A stretch of 64,000 nt of DNA. Source: an uncultured Christensenellaceae bacterium (GTDB lineage: Bacteria > Bacillota > Clostridia > Christensenellales > Pumilibacteraceae). The notes beneath the pieces were generated by a model. That model worked only from the letters and a program-made list of their open reading frames with translations. It was not told where the DNA came from and made no database searches. Numbering within the stretch: position 1 is the stretch's first letter; each line of letters starts with the position of its first letter. Made by a program: the position numbers and the translations under genes. Positions 30,413 to 43,353 of the stretch are shown one piece after another. The DNA lies in assembly GCA_910587805.1 (NCBI GenBank), contig CAJUNM010000002.1, positions 1,857 through 65,856 on the forward strand, written 5' to 3'.

Positions 30413-31311
30413 CGACTACGACCGTTTACGCCAATATGCTCGCCAAGTTCGAGGCGGATCGTCTTGACGACGAGCGGCTGCGCCGAATAGTCGAGGCGGG
30501 GTCGTTGAGCGAAGCGCTTAAAATGCTCGGCGACTACGGTTACCCTTCGGGCGACGGATCGGTGGACGGTTTCGTCGTGGCGGCTACGAACGAACTGATC
30601 GGGTTCGTGAGCGAGAACGCGGCGAGCGAGAGCGTAAAGAACGCATTGCTCGCGCCGTTCGTGTATAACAACGTCAAGCTCGCGTACAAGTCTCGGTTCG
30701 TGCAAACTCCCGACGCGTATTACGATTGCGGAACGGATAACGAGGGTATAGCCCGCGGCGTGTACGACGAGCTTGAAAATAGCATTGCCGCAACGCTCGA
30801 AAAACTCGACGACGAAAACGAGCGCGCGCCGCAAAAAATAGATTTTGCGCTTACCGCGGCGATGTATAAATATGTGCTCGGATGCGGCGTCAAAAGCGTG
30901 CGTAATATGTTCGCGGCAGAAATAGACTTTAAGAACATGCTCACTGCGGCGCGCATGATACGGCTCGGTATAAGCGGAGACGAGTTCTTGGACGGCGGAC
31001 GTATAAAAAAATCGACGCTCGAGAACGTTACCGCGGACGAGTTTGCCGAAAGCTTCGAGCGCACGCCTTACGCGGAGACTGCGGCGCGCATCGCCGAGAA
31101 CGGTTTTTCGGAATTGTGGCGCGCAGAGCGCGACGCCGACGAGTTTTTACTGCTCGTCACCGAACCGCTTTGCGAAAGCATAGGCGGGTACGAGCCGTTC
31201 TTGCATTACTATATAAAAACGCGCGTCGAGCTGAAAAAGATAAAAACCGCGCTCGTATGCGTCAAAACTAACGCGCGCGCCGAGTTTTATAAGCGCGTAG
31301 CAATAAAATAA
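30409..31311 (+). CDS. ntpC: V-type ATP synthase subunit C (d)
   Basis: Size, helical composition and position between E and F. ATGA overlap with ntpE. Confidence 0.8.
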   Translation: MTTTTVYANMLAKFEADRLDDERLRRIVEAGSLSEALKMLGDYGYPSGDGSVDGFVVAATNELIGFVSENAASESVKNALLAPFVYNNVKLAYKSRFVQTPDAYYDCGTDNEGIARGVYDELENSIAATLEKLDDENERAPQKIDFALTAAMYKYVLGCGVKSVRNMFAAEIDFKNMLTAARMIRLGISGDEFLDGGRIKKSTLENVTADEFAESFERTPYAETAARIAENGFSELWRAERDADEFLLLVTEPLCESIGGYEPFLHYYIKTRVELKKIKTALVCVKTNARAEFYKRVAIK

Positions 31312-31370
31312 ACCGAAATTTGCGCTTTCCGTCTTTACGCGGAAAGTAAAAGCGATCAAGGATAGCATTT

Positions 31371-31694
31371 ATGGAAAAGACAGGCAAAATAGCCGTCATC
31401 GGCGACGGCGAAAGCGTCACTGCGTTTATGGCGATCGGCGCGGCGGTGTTCGGAGTAAACGACGAGTACGACGCTGCGGATACGTTGCGTCGGCTTGCAA
31501 AGTCGAACGAGTACGCAGTGATACTCGTTACCGAAAACTATGCCGCAAAGATGGAACAGCTCATGCAAAAACTCAAAGAGCGTCCGTATCCCGCGGTGCT
31601 GTGCGTGCCGGGGGCTACGGGTTCTAACGGTTTCGGCATGAAAGGCGTGCGCAAGGACGTGGAAAAAGCCGTCGGCGTGGACATTTTGCAGTGA
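31371..31694 (+). CDS. ntpF: V-type ATP synthase subunit F
   Basis: 107 aa, KIAVIGDGESV...ILVTE pattern. Confidence 0.85.
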   Translation: MEKTGKIAVIGDGESVTAFMAIGAAVFGVNDEYDAADTLRRLAKSNEYAVILVTENYAAKMEQLMQKLKERPYPAVLCVPGATGSNGFGMKGVRKDVEKAVGVDILQ

Positions 31695-31788
31695 AGAGCG
31701 AATAGTGAAAAGTGAAGAGTGACCCAAACGGGCGACAATTCCCGAACAATGGTTTTCATTCGGTTATTATCCGAAATAAGAGGTATCT

Positions 31789-33543
31789 ATGGGTAAAATA
31801 ATCAAGATCAGCGGACCGCTTATCGTTGCGGACGGAATGAGAGACGTTAAAATGTACGACGTCGTGCGCGTGTCCGAAAAAGGACTGATCGGCGAAGTGA
31901 TAGAACTTCGCGGCGACAAAGCGTCGATTCAGGTTTATGAAGAAACGAGCATGCTCGGCACCGGCGAGCCTGTTGTGTCCACGGAACAGCCGCTGTCCGT
32001 AGAACTCGGACCGGGGCTTATCGGTTCGATATACGACGGTATACAGCGTCCGCTCGAGAGCTTGTATTCGCTTTCGGGCGCGAGAATAGACCGCGGCGTC
32101 GGCGCGCCCGCGCTCGACCGCGGCAGAAAATGGGAGTTTGCGCCTGCAGTCGAAAAAGGCGACGCCGTAGAGAGCGGCGACGTATTGGGCACGGTCAAAG
32201 AAAACGAAGTCGTCGAGCATCGGATAATGGTTCCGTTCGGAGTTTCGGGCAAAGTGGAAAAAATTTCCGCGGGCGCGTTTACGGCAGAAGATACCGTCGC
32301 CGTGATTACCGACGGAAAAAAATCGCATAACGTGACCATGATTCAGCGTTGGCCGGTTCGGCGCGGCAGACCGTATAAGGAAAAGCTTCCGCCCGTAGAG
32401 CTTTTGACTACTGGACAGCGCGTTGTAGACACGTTGTTCCCCATAGCGCGCGGCGGCGTAGCCGCCGTTCCCGGACCGTTCGGCTCGGGCAAGACCGTTT
32501 TGCAGCATGCGCTCGCCAAGTGGTCGGACGCGGATATAATAGTGTACGTCGGCTGCGGCGAACGCGGCAACGAGATGACCGACGTTTTGAACGAATTTCC
32601 CGAACTCATCGACCCTAAAACCGGTCAGCCGCTTATGAAACGCACGGTGCTCATTGCCAACACGTCAGATATGCCGGTCGCCGCGCGCGAGGCGAGCATT
32701 TACACGGGAATAACCATTGCGGAGTATTACCGCGATATGGGCTACTCGGTCGCGATCATGGCGGATTCCACGTCGCGTTGGGCGGAGGCTTTGCGCGAAA
32801 TGAGCGGAAGACTTCAAGAGATGCCGGGCGAGGAAGGCTATCCCGCGTATCTTTCGAGCAGGCTCGCGGAGTTCTACGAGCGCGCCGGCGCTGTCAAGCT
32901 GTGCGGCAGCGCGGAACGCATCGGCTCGGTCACTGCTATAGGCGCGGTATCGCCCCCCGGCGGAGATATGTCGGAGCCTGTAAGCCAAGCTACATTGCGA
33001 ATAGTAAAGGTATTTTGGGGGCTTTCGAGCGCGCTCGCGTATAAGCGGCATTTTCCCGCGATCGATTGGCTCGTGAGCTATTCGCTGTACAGCGACAGGC
33101 TGTCCGATTGGTTCGCGCGCAACGTCGACGAAAAGTTTACGGCATACCGCGCGGAGATAAGCAGAATACTTCAGGACGAAGCGAGACTCGACGAGATAGT
33201 TCGGCTCGTAGGCATAGACGCGCTTTCGCCGCGCGACAGACTGACTATGGAAGCGGCAAAATCGGTACGCGAAGATTATCTGCACCAAAACTCGTTCCAC
33301 GAAGTGGATACGTATACGTCGCTTGCCAAGCAGTTCAAAATGCTCAAGCTCATAGTCGATTTTTATCACCGCGCGTTGCGCGCGCTCGACGACGGCGCGG
33401 GTGTGAACGCGATACTCGCATTGCCGTGCCGCGAGCAGATAGGCAGAGCGAAATACGTAAAAGAAGACGAGATCGATTCGCTCGATAAATTGCACGACGA
33501 AATGCTCAAGCAGCTTTCCGAACTCAAGAAGGAGGACGAGTGA
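31789..33543 (+). CDS. ntpA: V-type ATP synthase catalytic subunit A
   Basis: Walker [18 protein letters not shown], non-homologous insert region. Confidence 0.95.
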   Translation: MGKIIKISGPLIVADGMRDVKMYDVVRVSEKGLIGEVIELRGDKASIQVYEETSMLGTGEPVVSTEQPLSVELGPGLIGSIYDGIQRPLESLYSLSGARIDRGVGAPALDRGRKWEFAPAVEKGDAVESGDVLGTVKENEVVEHRIMVPFGVSGKVEKISAGAFTAEDTVAVITDGKKSHNVTMIQRWPVRRGRPYKEKLPPVELLTTGQRVVDTLFPIARGGVAAVPGPFGSGKTVLQHALAKWSDADIIVYVGCGERGNEMTDVLNEFPELIDPKTGQPLMKRTVLIANTSDMPVAAREASIYTGITIAEYYRDMGYSVAIMADSTSRWAEALREMSGRLQEMPGEEGYPAYLSSRLAEFYERAGAVKLCGSAERIGSVTAIGAVSPPGGDMSEPVSQATLRIVKVFWGLSSALAYKRHFPAIDWLVSYSLYSDRLSDWFARNVDEKFTAYRAEISRILQDEARLDEIVRLVGIDALSPRDRLTMEAAKSVREDYLHQNSFHEVDTYTSLAKQFKMLKLIVDFYHRALRALDDGAGVNAILALPCREQIGRAKYVKEDEIDSLDKLHDEMLKQLSELKKEDE

Positions 33544-34913
33544 TGCGTAAAGAATACCGTACCGTAAAAGAGGTCGTCGGACCGTTGATGCTCGTCGAGC
33601 AGGTGGAAGGCGTAAAATACAACGAACTCGTAAAAATAACGCAGAGCGGAGACAGTGAAACTCGGCTCGGCAGAGTGCTCGAAGTGGACGGCGACAAAGC
33701 GCTCGTGCAGCTTTTCGCGCCCAGCCGCGGACTTAAGATCTCGGACGCGAAAGCGGCGTTCACGGGCAAGGCGATAGAACTCAAAGTGTCGCACGAAATG
33801 CTCGGCAGAGTATTCGACGGTATGGGCAATCCCATAGACGGCGGCGCGGAGATATTGCCCGAAAAGAGCTTGGATATAAACAGCAGCCCAATGAATCCCG
33901 TTGCGCGCGACTACCCGAACGAGTTTATCCAAACGGGCGTCAGCGCGATCGACGGACTCAACACGCTCGTAAGAGGGCAGAAACTGCCCGTGTTTTCGGC
34001 GTCGGGCTTGCCGCATGCCGACCTCGCGGCGCAGATAGCGCGTCAATCACGAGTAAAGAACACCGACGATAAGTTCGCCGTCGTGTTCGCGGCTATGGGC
34101 ATAACGTACGAGGAGAGCGACTTTTTCATAAACGATTTTCGGCGCACGGGCGCGATAGACCGCACGGTTATGTTTCTCAACCTTGCCGATGACCCCGCCG
34201 TCGAGCGTATAAACACGCCGCGTATGGCTATGACCGCGGCGGAGTACCTCGCGTTCGATTGCGATATGCACGTGCTCGTCGTCATGACGGATATAACCAA
34301 CTATGCGGAAGCGCTGCGCGAGATATCGTCGGCGCGGCGCGAAGTCCCCGGTCGGCGCGGTTATCCCGGGTATATGTATACCGACCTTGCTACAATTTAC
34401 GAGCGCGCGGGGCGTATACGCGGCAAAAAAGGGTCTATAACGCTTATACCGATATTGACCATGCCCGAGGAAGACAAAACGCACCCGATCCCCGATCTTA
34501 CGGGTTATATCACGGAAGGGCAGATAATACTGTCGCGCGAACTGTACAAAAAAGGCATGAACCCGCCGATCGACGTGCTGCCCAGCCTATCGAGATTGAA
34601 AGATAAGGGCATAGGCAACGGCAAAACGCGCAAGGATCACGCCGACACCATGAACCAATTGTTTTCGGCGTACGCGCGCGGCAAGGACGCAAAGGAACTG
34701 TCCGCGATATTGGGCGAAGCCGCGTTATCGGACGTGGATGTTCTGTACGCCAAGTTCGCAGAAGAATTTGAAAAGCAGTATATCAATCAAGGTTTCAACG
34801 AGAACCGCAGTATAGAGCAAACGCTCGATATCGGTTGGAAACTGCTCAAAATTTTGCCGCGATCGGAATTGAAGAGAATACGCGACGAATATTTGGACGA
34901 ATTTCTGAAATAG
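33540..34913 (+). CDS. ntpB: V-type ATP synthase subunit B
   Basis: [22 protein letters not shown]. Overlaps the ntpA stop. Confidence 0.95.
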   Translation: MMRKEYRTVKEVVGPLMLVEQVEGVKYNELVKITQSGDSETRLGRVLEVDGDKALVQLFAPSRGLKISDAKAAFTGKAIELKVSHEMLGRVFDGMGNPIDGGAEILPEKSLDINSSPMNPVARDYPNEFIQTGVSAIDGLNTLVRGQKLPVFSASGLPHADLAAQIARQSRVKNTDDKFAVVFAAMGITYEESDFFINDFRRTGAIDRTVMFLNLADDPAVERINTPRMAMTAAEYLAFDCDMHVLVVMTDITNYAEALREISSARREVPGRRGYPGYMYTDLATIYERAGRIRGKKGSITLIPILTMPEEDKTHPIPDLTGYITEGQIILSRELYKKGMNPPIDVLPSLSRLKDKGIGNGKTRKDHADTMNQLFSAYARGKDAKELSAILGEAALSDVDVLYAKFAEEFEKQYINQGFNENRSIEQTLDIGWKLLKILPRSELKRIRDEYLDEFLK

Positions 34914-34948
34914 CTTATTCGTTGTTGTCAAGCTTGATAACGGTTACG

Positions 34949-35441
34949 CTCTCGTTGTCCCCATTTGGGGAAAATGTCGGCGAGGAACGAGCCGACAAAA
35001 GGGGCATGACAGGGAGATAGTTGTTATATGTCGTTTGAATATAACAAAAACAATAAAACATTTGCTCAGACTTTGCGTGCGAATATGACCAAGGAAAAGC
35101 GCAAACTATGGTTTATGTTTTTAAGTAAATTGCCGATAAAGGTTCGCAGACAAAAGATGATCGGTAATTATATCCTCGATTTTTATTGCGCTAAGGCTAA
35201 AACCGCAATCGAAATAGACGGGTCGCAGCATTACGAATGACGGCGTCGCAGGAGATAAAGAACGAGACGAATTTTTACAAGCCAACGGCATATCGGTGCT
35301 TCGATATAGCAATCGCGATGTGAATGAAAATTTTAACGGCGTTTGCGAAGATATTTTTAGGAAATTACAACCGATACGTTAAAAAGCCCCTTTGTCACCT
35401 CGCAAGCTCGGTGACGTTTCCCCAAAAGGGGACAACGAGAG
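34949..35441. mobile_element. DUF559-endonuclease cassette bracketed by ~57-nt structured inverted repeats, inserted between ntpB and ntpD
   Basis: Left arm 34949-35005 and right arm 35386-35441 are reverse complements. The outer 25 nt match 24/25 (CTCTCGTTGTCCCC(A/T)TTTGGGGAAA). The inner hairpin is conserved by compensatory changes. The interior is AT-rich. Confidence 0.6.
35028..35382 (+). pseudogene. DUF559 (Vsr-like endonuclease fold) gene interrupted by a +1 frameshift
   Basis: Frame 0 reads ...LDFYCAKAKTAIEIDGSQHYE then stops at 35238-35240. The frame starting at 35239 continues DGVAGDKERDEFLQANGISVLRYSNRDVNENFNGVCEDIFRKL to TAA 35380-35382. Confidence 0.65.
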
Positions 35442-35495
35442 TTTTTGAGTATAACTGCTCGACATTTATTTTTTATATCGTTATAGGTAATCCAT

Positions 35496-36113
35496 ATGGC
35501 ACGGTTAAACGTAAATCCCACGCGCATGGAACTGCGCAGATTAAAAGACAGGCTCAAGACCGCCGAGCGCGGGCACAAGCTGCTTAAAGACAAGTCGGAC
35601 GAAATGGTTCGGCAGTTTCTCGTTTTGATAAAAGAGAATAAGCGGTTACGCGAGGAACTTGAGGGCGATATTGCCGACGCGTTGCGCACGTTCGCGCTGT
35701 CCGCATCCGCGCCGCTCGACGTTGTGCAAGCGATTGCGTTGCCCACGCTCACCGCGACGATAAACGTGGGAACGAAGAACGTAATGGGCGTGGACGTGCC
35801 GTATATGCAAACCGCGCGCACGGGCGACGTAAAACTGCCGTATGCGCTTTGCGCCGCGCCTGCCGAACTTGACGACGCCGTGCTAAAGCTTATCGAGCTT
35901 ACCGACAAAATACTCCATCTCGCCGAGGTCGAAAAAACGTGCAATATGCTCGCCGACGAAATAGAAAAGAACAGACGCCGCGTTAACGCGCTCGAATACG
36001 TTATGATCCCGCAATTGCAAGAGACTATCAAGTATATACTCATGAAACTCGACGAGAACGAGCGCGCATCGATTATCAGATTGATGAAAGTAAAAGAACT
36101 GAACAAATCATGA
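35496..36113 (+). CDS. ntpD: V-type ATP synthase subunit D
   Basis: N-terminus MARLNVNPTRMELRRLKDRLKTAERGHKLLKDK is typical of subunit D. Confidence 0.9.
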   Translation: MARLNVNPTRMELRRLKDRLKTAERGHKLLKDKSDEMVRQFLVLIKENKRLREELEGDIADALRTFALSASAPLDVVQAIALPTLTATINVGTKNVMGVDVPYMQTARTGDVKLPYALCAAPAELDDAVLKLIELTDKILHLAEVEKTCNMLADEIEKNRRRVNALEYVMIPQLQETIKYILMKLDENERASIIRLMKVKELNKS

Positions 36114-36361
36114 TATTATAATCGTCTGCCGCATACAAGCTCTCTCCTAAGGTGAATATTCGAGGAACGAGCGAGCATGCGAACGTTTTCTGCGCACTGA
36201 AGAATCGCCGCTATAGAACAATAAATCAACAATTCATTTGACGCCTCACGCAAACATAGCATAAAACACAAGCCGACAAAACGGAAAGACATACACCTCT
36301 TTCCGTTTTCGTATTTGGGAATTTAATTCTTAATTTATCTCGGTGCGCATAACTATATAAC

Positions 36362-36991
36362 ATGAATTCCGGCAAAAAAGTTTTTATAATGTTGCTTGCG
36401 GCGGTCGCCGCTGTTATCACGTTTTTGAGCGCGTGCGCTACCGATCTTACCGAAAACGTAAGCGAGATACGGCGCGGATATTTCAGCGCCGAGGACGACG
36501 TAATGACGGTTACCGTCGTATCGGGCATGCGCGAACGAAACTACGTTGCGGACGGCGTAGCGGGCGAGCTTGTTCCGTACACGCTCGTAACGGTCGTGCC
36601 TAAAACGTTCGATCCCGATGCTACATACACATACGCCGTGAGCGCAAACGGCGCGAGCTACGGAGGAACTATGAAAGTTCATCCGTTCGCGGCGTCGTTC
36701 TCGGCGGAAGTCGAAGCGGAACTTACGGGCGAAATAACGGTGACGGTGAACGATCGCGAATACGCGCCCGTCGATATGACCGGCGACGGCGTTTCGTTCG
36801 ACAAAGCGATCGACGCGGCTAAAACGGAGCTTAAGCCCGAAGACGGGTACGAAGTGCGTGCGCGTATGATAAAAAACCCGATAGGCGACGGGTTGTGCTG
36901 GCACGTGGCGTACTACTTCCGCAGCGGGAAACAGAGCGGCGTACTGCTCGATCCCATCGACTTGAACACGCTCGCGAAAAAGACCGATTAA
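36362..36991 (+). CDS. Hypothetical lipoprotein
   Basis: Signal peptide with lipobox FLSAC. No recognisable domain. Confidence 0.6.
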   Translation: MNSGKKVFIMLLAAVAAVITFLSACATDLTENVSEIRRGYFSAEDDVMTVTVVSGMRERNYVADGVAGELVPYTLVTVVPKTFDPDATYTYAVSANGASYGGTMKVHPFAASFSAEVEAELTGEITVTVNDREYAPVDMTGDGVSFDKAIDAAKTELKPEDGYEVRARMIKNPIGDGLCWHVAYYFRSGKQSGVLLDPIDLNTLAKKTD

Positions 36992-37036
36992 ACGTAAAAA
37001 AATTTCCGAATTAAAAATTTCGCAATAAAAAAACGC

Positions 37037-37065
37037 TTGTATATACCGAATTTTTGTGTTATAAT
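37037..37065 (+). promoter_or_regulatory. SigA promoter: TTGTAT, 17 nt, TATAAT
   Basis: TTGTAT 37037-37042, TATAAT 37060-37065. ATG 37072 lies 6 nt downstream. Confidence 0.55.
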
Positions 37066-37071
37066 AGGTCA

Positions 37072-39848
<2,777 letters not shown>

Positions 39849-40103
39849 GCGCACTCGCACAGTCTAATGCGACGATTTTGCTGTAAATTTCGCTTTCGGC
39901 GGCGTTGCTTGTCCTCGCCGTAGCGGCGCTACGACTTCGGACAATGCGTCTTGCCGAAAACAAAATTCACGGACGCAACTTCGCCGCGTCGTCTATGCTC
40001 GTGCGCTCGAAAAAACGTAAAAATACTTGTTATAGATGCGAACAGAACCTTATAAAAGCGTTTTTGGCGCAGAAATGTAAAATTATCCTTATAAGGAAGC
40101 GAA

Positions 40104-41111
40104 ATGTTAAAAGCATATACCATACCGATAGACTTGACGAGACCGCGAATTCGCGTAGCCGTGATAGGCTGCGGCAGATGGGGTTCGTTTTTGGCATGGT
40201 ATACGGCGGGGCTTGGGCACACCGTAACGCTGTACGGCAGAACGGGTTCGTTCGGTTACGAGCGGCTTTGCATGTCGCGCAAAAACGAGTATGTGGAACT
40301 GCCAAGCTCGGTCACTCTGACCGACGACATCAAAAAGGCTGTAAACGGCGCGGACGTAGTGCTCGTATCGGTGCCGTCGCAGAGTTTCCGAGACGTTATC
40401 GGCGATCTGAAGTCGCGTTGCAAGCTCGACGGCAAGTATATAGTCACTTGCATGAAAGGTATTGAGATACAAACGGGCAAGAGACTGTCCGAGATCGCGC
40501 TCGAAGCGTTCGACGATTGGCAGATCGCGGTTTGGGCGGGACCGGGGCACGTTCAGGAATTTACGGTCGGCAATCCGAATTGCATGATAATCGATTCGTA
40601 CGAGCCGGACACGACGGTTCGCATAGTAGAGTATTTCAAAAGTCCGCTTATAAGATTTTATTACGGCAACGATATAATCGGTACGGAAATAGGCGCGGCG
40701 GCAAAGAACGTAATGGGAATAGTCGCCGGCGTTCTCGACGGTATGAAGCTATCCGCACTGAAAGGCGCGTTGATGGCGCGCGGCAGCCGCGAGGTGTCGA
40801 GATTGATAGAAAGTCTCGGCGGCAATCCGTTGTCCGCATACGGTCTGTGTCACTTGGGCGACTACGAAACCACTTTGTTTTCGGAGCATAGCCATAATCG
40901 GCAATGGGGCGAAAACTACGTGCTCGGTAAGCCGTTCAAAAGTCTCGCCGAGGGCGTGCATACGGCGCGGGCGATCAGCTTGCTTGCCGATTCGCTCGAC
41001 GTTGATATGCCGATAACCACGGCGGTAAACACGATGATAATAGATAAAGTGCCGCCGCGCACCGCAATGGAACAACTGTTCGAGCGCAGCCTCAAAGTCG
41101 ATTTGAAATAG
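40104..41111 (+). CDS. gpsA: NAD(P)H-dependent glycerol-3-phosphate dehydrogenase
   Basis: VIGCGRWGSFLA Rossmann fold, MKGIE, GPGHVQEF, AAKNVMGIVAG. Confidence 0.9.
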   Translation: MLKAYTIPIDLTRPRIRVAVIGCGRWGSFLAWYTAGLGHTVTLYGRTGSFGYERLCMSRKNEYVELPSSVTLTDDIKKAVNGADVVLVSVPSQSFRDVIGDLKSRCKLDGKYIVTCMKGIEIQTGKRLSEIALEAFDDWQIAVWAGPGHVQEFTVGNPNCMIIDSYEPDTTVRIVEYFKSPLIRFYYGNDIIGTEIGAAAKNVMGIVAGVLDGMKLSALKGALMARGSREVSRLIESLGGNPLSAYGLCHLGDYETTLFSEHSHNRQWGENYVLGKPFKSLAEGVHTARAISLLADSLDVDMPITTAVNTMIIDKVPPRTAMEQLFERSLKVDLK

Positions 41112-41153
41112 CGATTATATAACCCGATCGAATAATTAAGCAACTGCAATAAC

Positions 41154-41181
41154 AAAACCCCGAGAGCTTGCTCGGGGTTTT
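41154..41181 (+). terminator. Rho-independent terminator
   Basis: AAAACCCCGAG / CTCGGGGTTTT stem with loop AGCTTG. Confidence 0.85.
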
Positions 41182-41210
41182 GCATTTATTGAAAAATAGT
41201 ATTAAAACGC

Positions 41211-41238
41211 TTGACAGACGGGGGGGGGATGATATAAT
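41211..41238 (+). promoter_or_regulatory. Promoter: TTGACA, 16-nt spacer containing G9, TATAAT
   Basis: TTGACA 41211-41216, G9 41220-41228, TATAAT 41233-41238. Confidence 0.6.
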
Positions 41239-41265
41239 GCTTTTATAAAAACTTCGGAGGCTCGA

Positions 41266-41700
41266 ATGTTTAAGAAAAACGACAAATATTGGTTCAGAGC
41301 ATATGCTTTGGTCGATGCATTTATTATTGTGATTTGTTCGCTTATGTTAGTCGGCGGTGTCGTAATTTTGGCTCTCGGAATAAGTGTAACTGATGTGAAC
41401 GGTATAGTAACAGGAACATTATATATAGTCGGTAGCATAGCGGGAGCATTTGTGATGCATATCGTTTATCATTTGGCTTTATCGCTGTATTTGGATATTA
41501 AGTTGATACGCAATAAAATGTACGGTATCGATAACGGCGATTTCGATAAAGCATTAACGGAAGATAATTCAAAGCGGCGTCGCGTGGCTGTGCAAGATGA
41601 TATAACAGTGCAAATTCGTGCGCTTAAACAATTGTGCGATGACGGAATTATAACGCAAGAAGAATTCGAGATAAAGAAACAGTCGCTATTAAATCAATAA
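41266..41700 (+). CDS. Membrane protein with C-terminal SHOCT domain
   Basis: Two or three TM helices. C-terminal LKQLCDDGIITQEEFEIKKQSLL is a SHOCT signature. AT-rich compared with its neighbours. Confidence 0.7.
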   Translation: MFKKNDKYWFRAYALVDAFIIVICSLMLVGGVVILALGISVTDVNGIVTGTLYIVGSIAGAFVMHIVYHLALSLYLDIKLIRNKMYGIDNGDFDKALTEDNSKRRRVAVQDDITVQIRALKQLCDDGIITQEEFEIKKQSLLNQ

Positions 41701-41743
41701 AAAATACCGAACAAGTCAAACGTCGGCTTGTTCGGTATTTTTT
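41701..41743. terminator. Bidirectional terminator between convergent genes
   Basis: ATACCGAACAAG / CTTGTTCGGTAT stem flanked by an A-run and a T-run. Confidence 0.75.
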
Positions 41744-41765
41744 ATTAGTGTTTGTATTAGTTAAA

Positions 41766-43148
41766 TCAAAGCTTGCAGTTATCTATTATATAATCGGCGA
41801 CTTTGGTCTCGTCGAGTCGGATCTGGCTCATGGAGTCGCGGTCGCGCACGGTGACTGTGCCGTTATCGAGCGTGTCGAAGTCGACCGTCACGCAGTACGG
41901 CGTGCCGATCTCGTCCTGACGGCGATACCGTTTGCCTATCGAACCGGGCAGGTCGTAGGTGCATGCGACGCCGCGCTTTTTGAGCGAACGGAAAAGATTG
42001 TCGGCGCGCTCGCTCAATGCTTTTTGAAGCGGGAGCACGGCGGCTTTATATGGCGCGATCGCGGGCGCAAAGCGCATGACCACGCGGCTGTCTTTTTCGA
42101 GCTGTTCCTCGTCATATGCGTTGCAAAGCACCGCGAGCAGCGCTCTGCCCACGCCGAGCGACGGCTCGATAACGTACGGCGTGTACGTCTCGTTGGTGAC
42201 GGGATCGGTGTATTCGAGCTTTTCGCCCGAGAACTCGGAATGTTTTTTGAGATCGTAGTCCGTGCGGTCGGCTATGCCCCAAAGCTCGCCCCAACCGAAG
42301 GGGAACAAATACTCGAAGTCGCTCGTCGCTTTGGAATAGAACGAAAGCTCGGCTTTGTCGTGGTCGCGTATGCGCAGGCTCTCCTTGTCAAGCCCGAGCG
42401 CAAGCAAAAAGTCGTAGCAGTATTTTTTCCAATACTCGAACCACTCGAGATCCTCGCCGGGTTTGCAGAAAAACTCCATTTCCATCTGCTCGAATTCGCG
42501 CACGCGGAAAATAAAGTTACCTGGGGTTATCTCGTTGCGGAACGACTTGCCGATCTGGCACACGCCGAACGGTACGCGCGCTCGGCACGAGCGCACCACG
42601 TTTTTGAAGTTTACGAATATACCCTGTGCGGTCTCGGGGCGCAGATAGCACGTAGACAGCGAATCTTCCGTAACGCCTTGGAACGTCTTGAACATGAGCT
42701 GAAACTTTTTAACGGGCGTAAAATCGGACTTGCCGCAAACGGGGCAAGGTATTTTATGCTCGGCAACGAATGCGGAAAGCGCGTCGTTATCCATGGCGGC
42801 TACGGGCACGTCGAGTTTGTGTTTGTGCGCGTACGCCTCGACGAGATCGTCGGCGCGGCAGCGGCTCTTGCACGCCTTACAGTCCATGAGCGGATCGGAA
42901 AAGCCCGCGAGATGTCCCGACGCTTCCCAAACTTTCGGATTCATGAGTATGGAGCAGTCCAATCCGAAGTTGTTTTCGCTCTCGGTGACGAACTTTTGCC
43001 ACCACGCTTTTTTGATGTTGTTGTACAGCTCCACGCCGACCGGACCGTAGTCCCAAGTGTTGGCAAACCCGCCGTAAATATCGCTTCCCGCAAAAATCAA
43101 CCCGCGAGACTTGCACAGCGCAACCAGCTTATCCATTGTTACTTTCAT
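41766..43148 (-). CDS. glyQS: Glycine--tRNA ligase (homodimeric type)
   Basis: N-terminus ...[31 protein letters not shown] plus class II motifs. Confidence 0.95.
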   Translation of the reverse strand: MKVTMDKLVALCKSRGLIFAGSDIYGGFANTWDYGPVGVELYNNIKKAWWQKFVTESENNFGLDCSILMNPKVWEASGHLAGFSDPLMDCKACKSRCRADDLVEAYAHKHKLDVPVAAMDNDALSAFVAEHKIPCPVCGKSDFTPVKKFQLMFKTFQGVTEDSLSTCYLRPETAQGIFVNFKNVVRSCRARVPFGVCQIGKSFRNEITPGNFIFRVREFEQMEMEFFCKPGEDLEWFEYWKKYCYDFLLALGLDKESLRIRDHDKAELSFYSKATSDFEYLFPFGWGELWGIADRTDYDLKKHSEFSGEKLEYTDPVTNETYTPYVIEPSLGVGRALLAVLCNAYDEEQLEKDSRVVMRFAPAIAPYKAAVLPLQKALSERADNLFRSLKKRGVACTYDLPGSIGKRYRRQDEIGTPYCVTVDFDTLDNGTVTVRDRDSMSQIRLDETKVADYIIDNCKL

Positions 43149-43180
43149 ACAAGGCGTCCTTTTAGATGTAATATACGGAT

Positions 43181-43209
43181 ATTGTAATACAATTGCTTAA
43201 TCTTGTCAA
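43181..43209 (-). promoter_or_regulatory. SigA promoter: TTGACA, 17 nt, TACAAT (for glyQS)
   Basis: Minus-strand TTGACA at 43209-43204 and TACAAT at 43186-43181. The leader is only about 30 nt. Confidence 0.65.
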
Positions 43210-43218
43210 GTGAGTAGA

Positions 43219-43278
43219 GAATTAAGAATTTAGAATTTAGCCGCTACGCGGCATTAAAGGCTTTCTTCGGCTGCGCAA
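43219..43278 (+). repeat. GAATTAAGAATT motif plus dispersed intergenic repeat, copy d
   Basis: GAATTAAGAATTTAGAATTTAG then CCGCTACGCGGCATTAAAGGCTTTCTTCGGCTGCGC. Confidence 0.7.
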
Positions 43279-43310
43279 AAGCAAAAGCGTCGCAACCCAA
43301 GCGACGCTTT
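43272..43310 (-). terminator. Terminator downstream of the Cys-rich peptide gene
   Basis: AAAGCGTCGC / GCGACGCTTT stem. On the minus strand it is followed by TTTTGCTTTTG. Confidence 0.7.
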
Positions 43311-43353
43311 CGTATGTATTAACGCAAGATCGGACAAATGCCGAACGCGTGAT

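Noticed and set aside
35236-35240. The DUF559 frameshift considered as programmed frameshifting.
   Set aside because: There is no slippery heptamer or downstream stimulatory structure at the site. Simple decay or a sequencing error is more parsimonious.
39905-40465. 186-aa + ORF overlapping the gpsA 5' end, plus small ORFs over tRNA-Leu (61682-61913).
   Set aside because: They overlap a motif-supported gene in another frame, or overlap a tRNA. Their translations are Arg-rich and implausible.
41748-43187. 479-aa + strand ORF opposite glyQS. Similar ones lie opposite purA (56048-57316) and the activase fusion (59443-60681, 57277-58194, 60733-61536).
   Set aside because: The opposite-strand genes carry unambiguous enzyme motifs. 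These ORFs are Arg/Val/Phe-rich antisense artefacts.
43149-43353. Expected a T-box riboswitch leader upstream of glyQS, as in Bacillus.
   Set aside because: A consensus promoter at 43181-43209 leaves only about 30 nt of leader. No specifier or T-box conserved sequence is visible. The rest of the gap is occupied by the repeat element and the terminator of the upstream gene.
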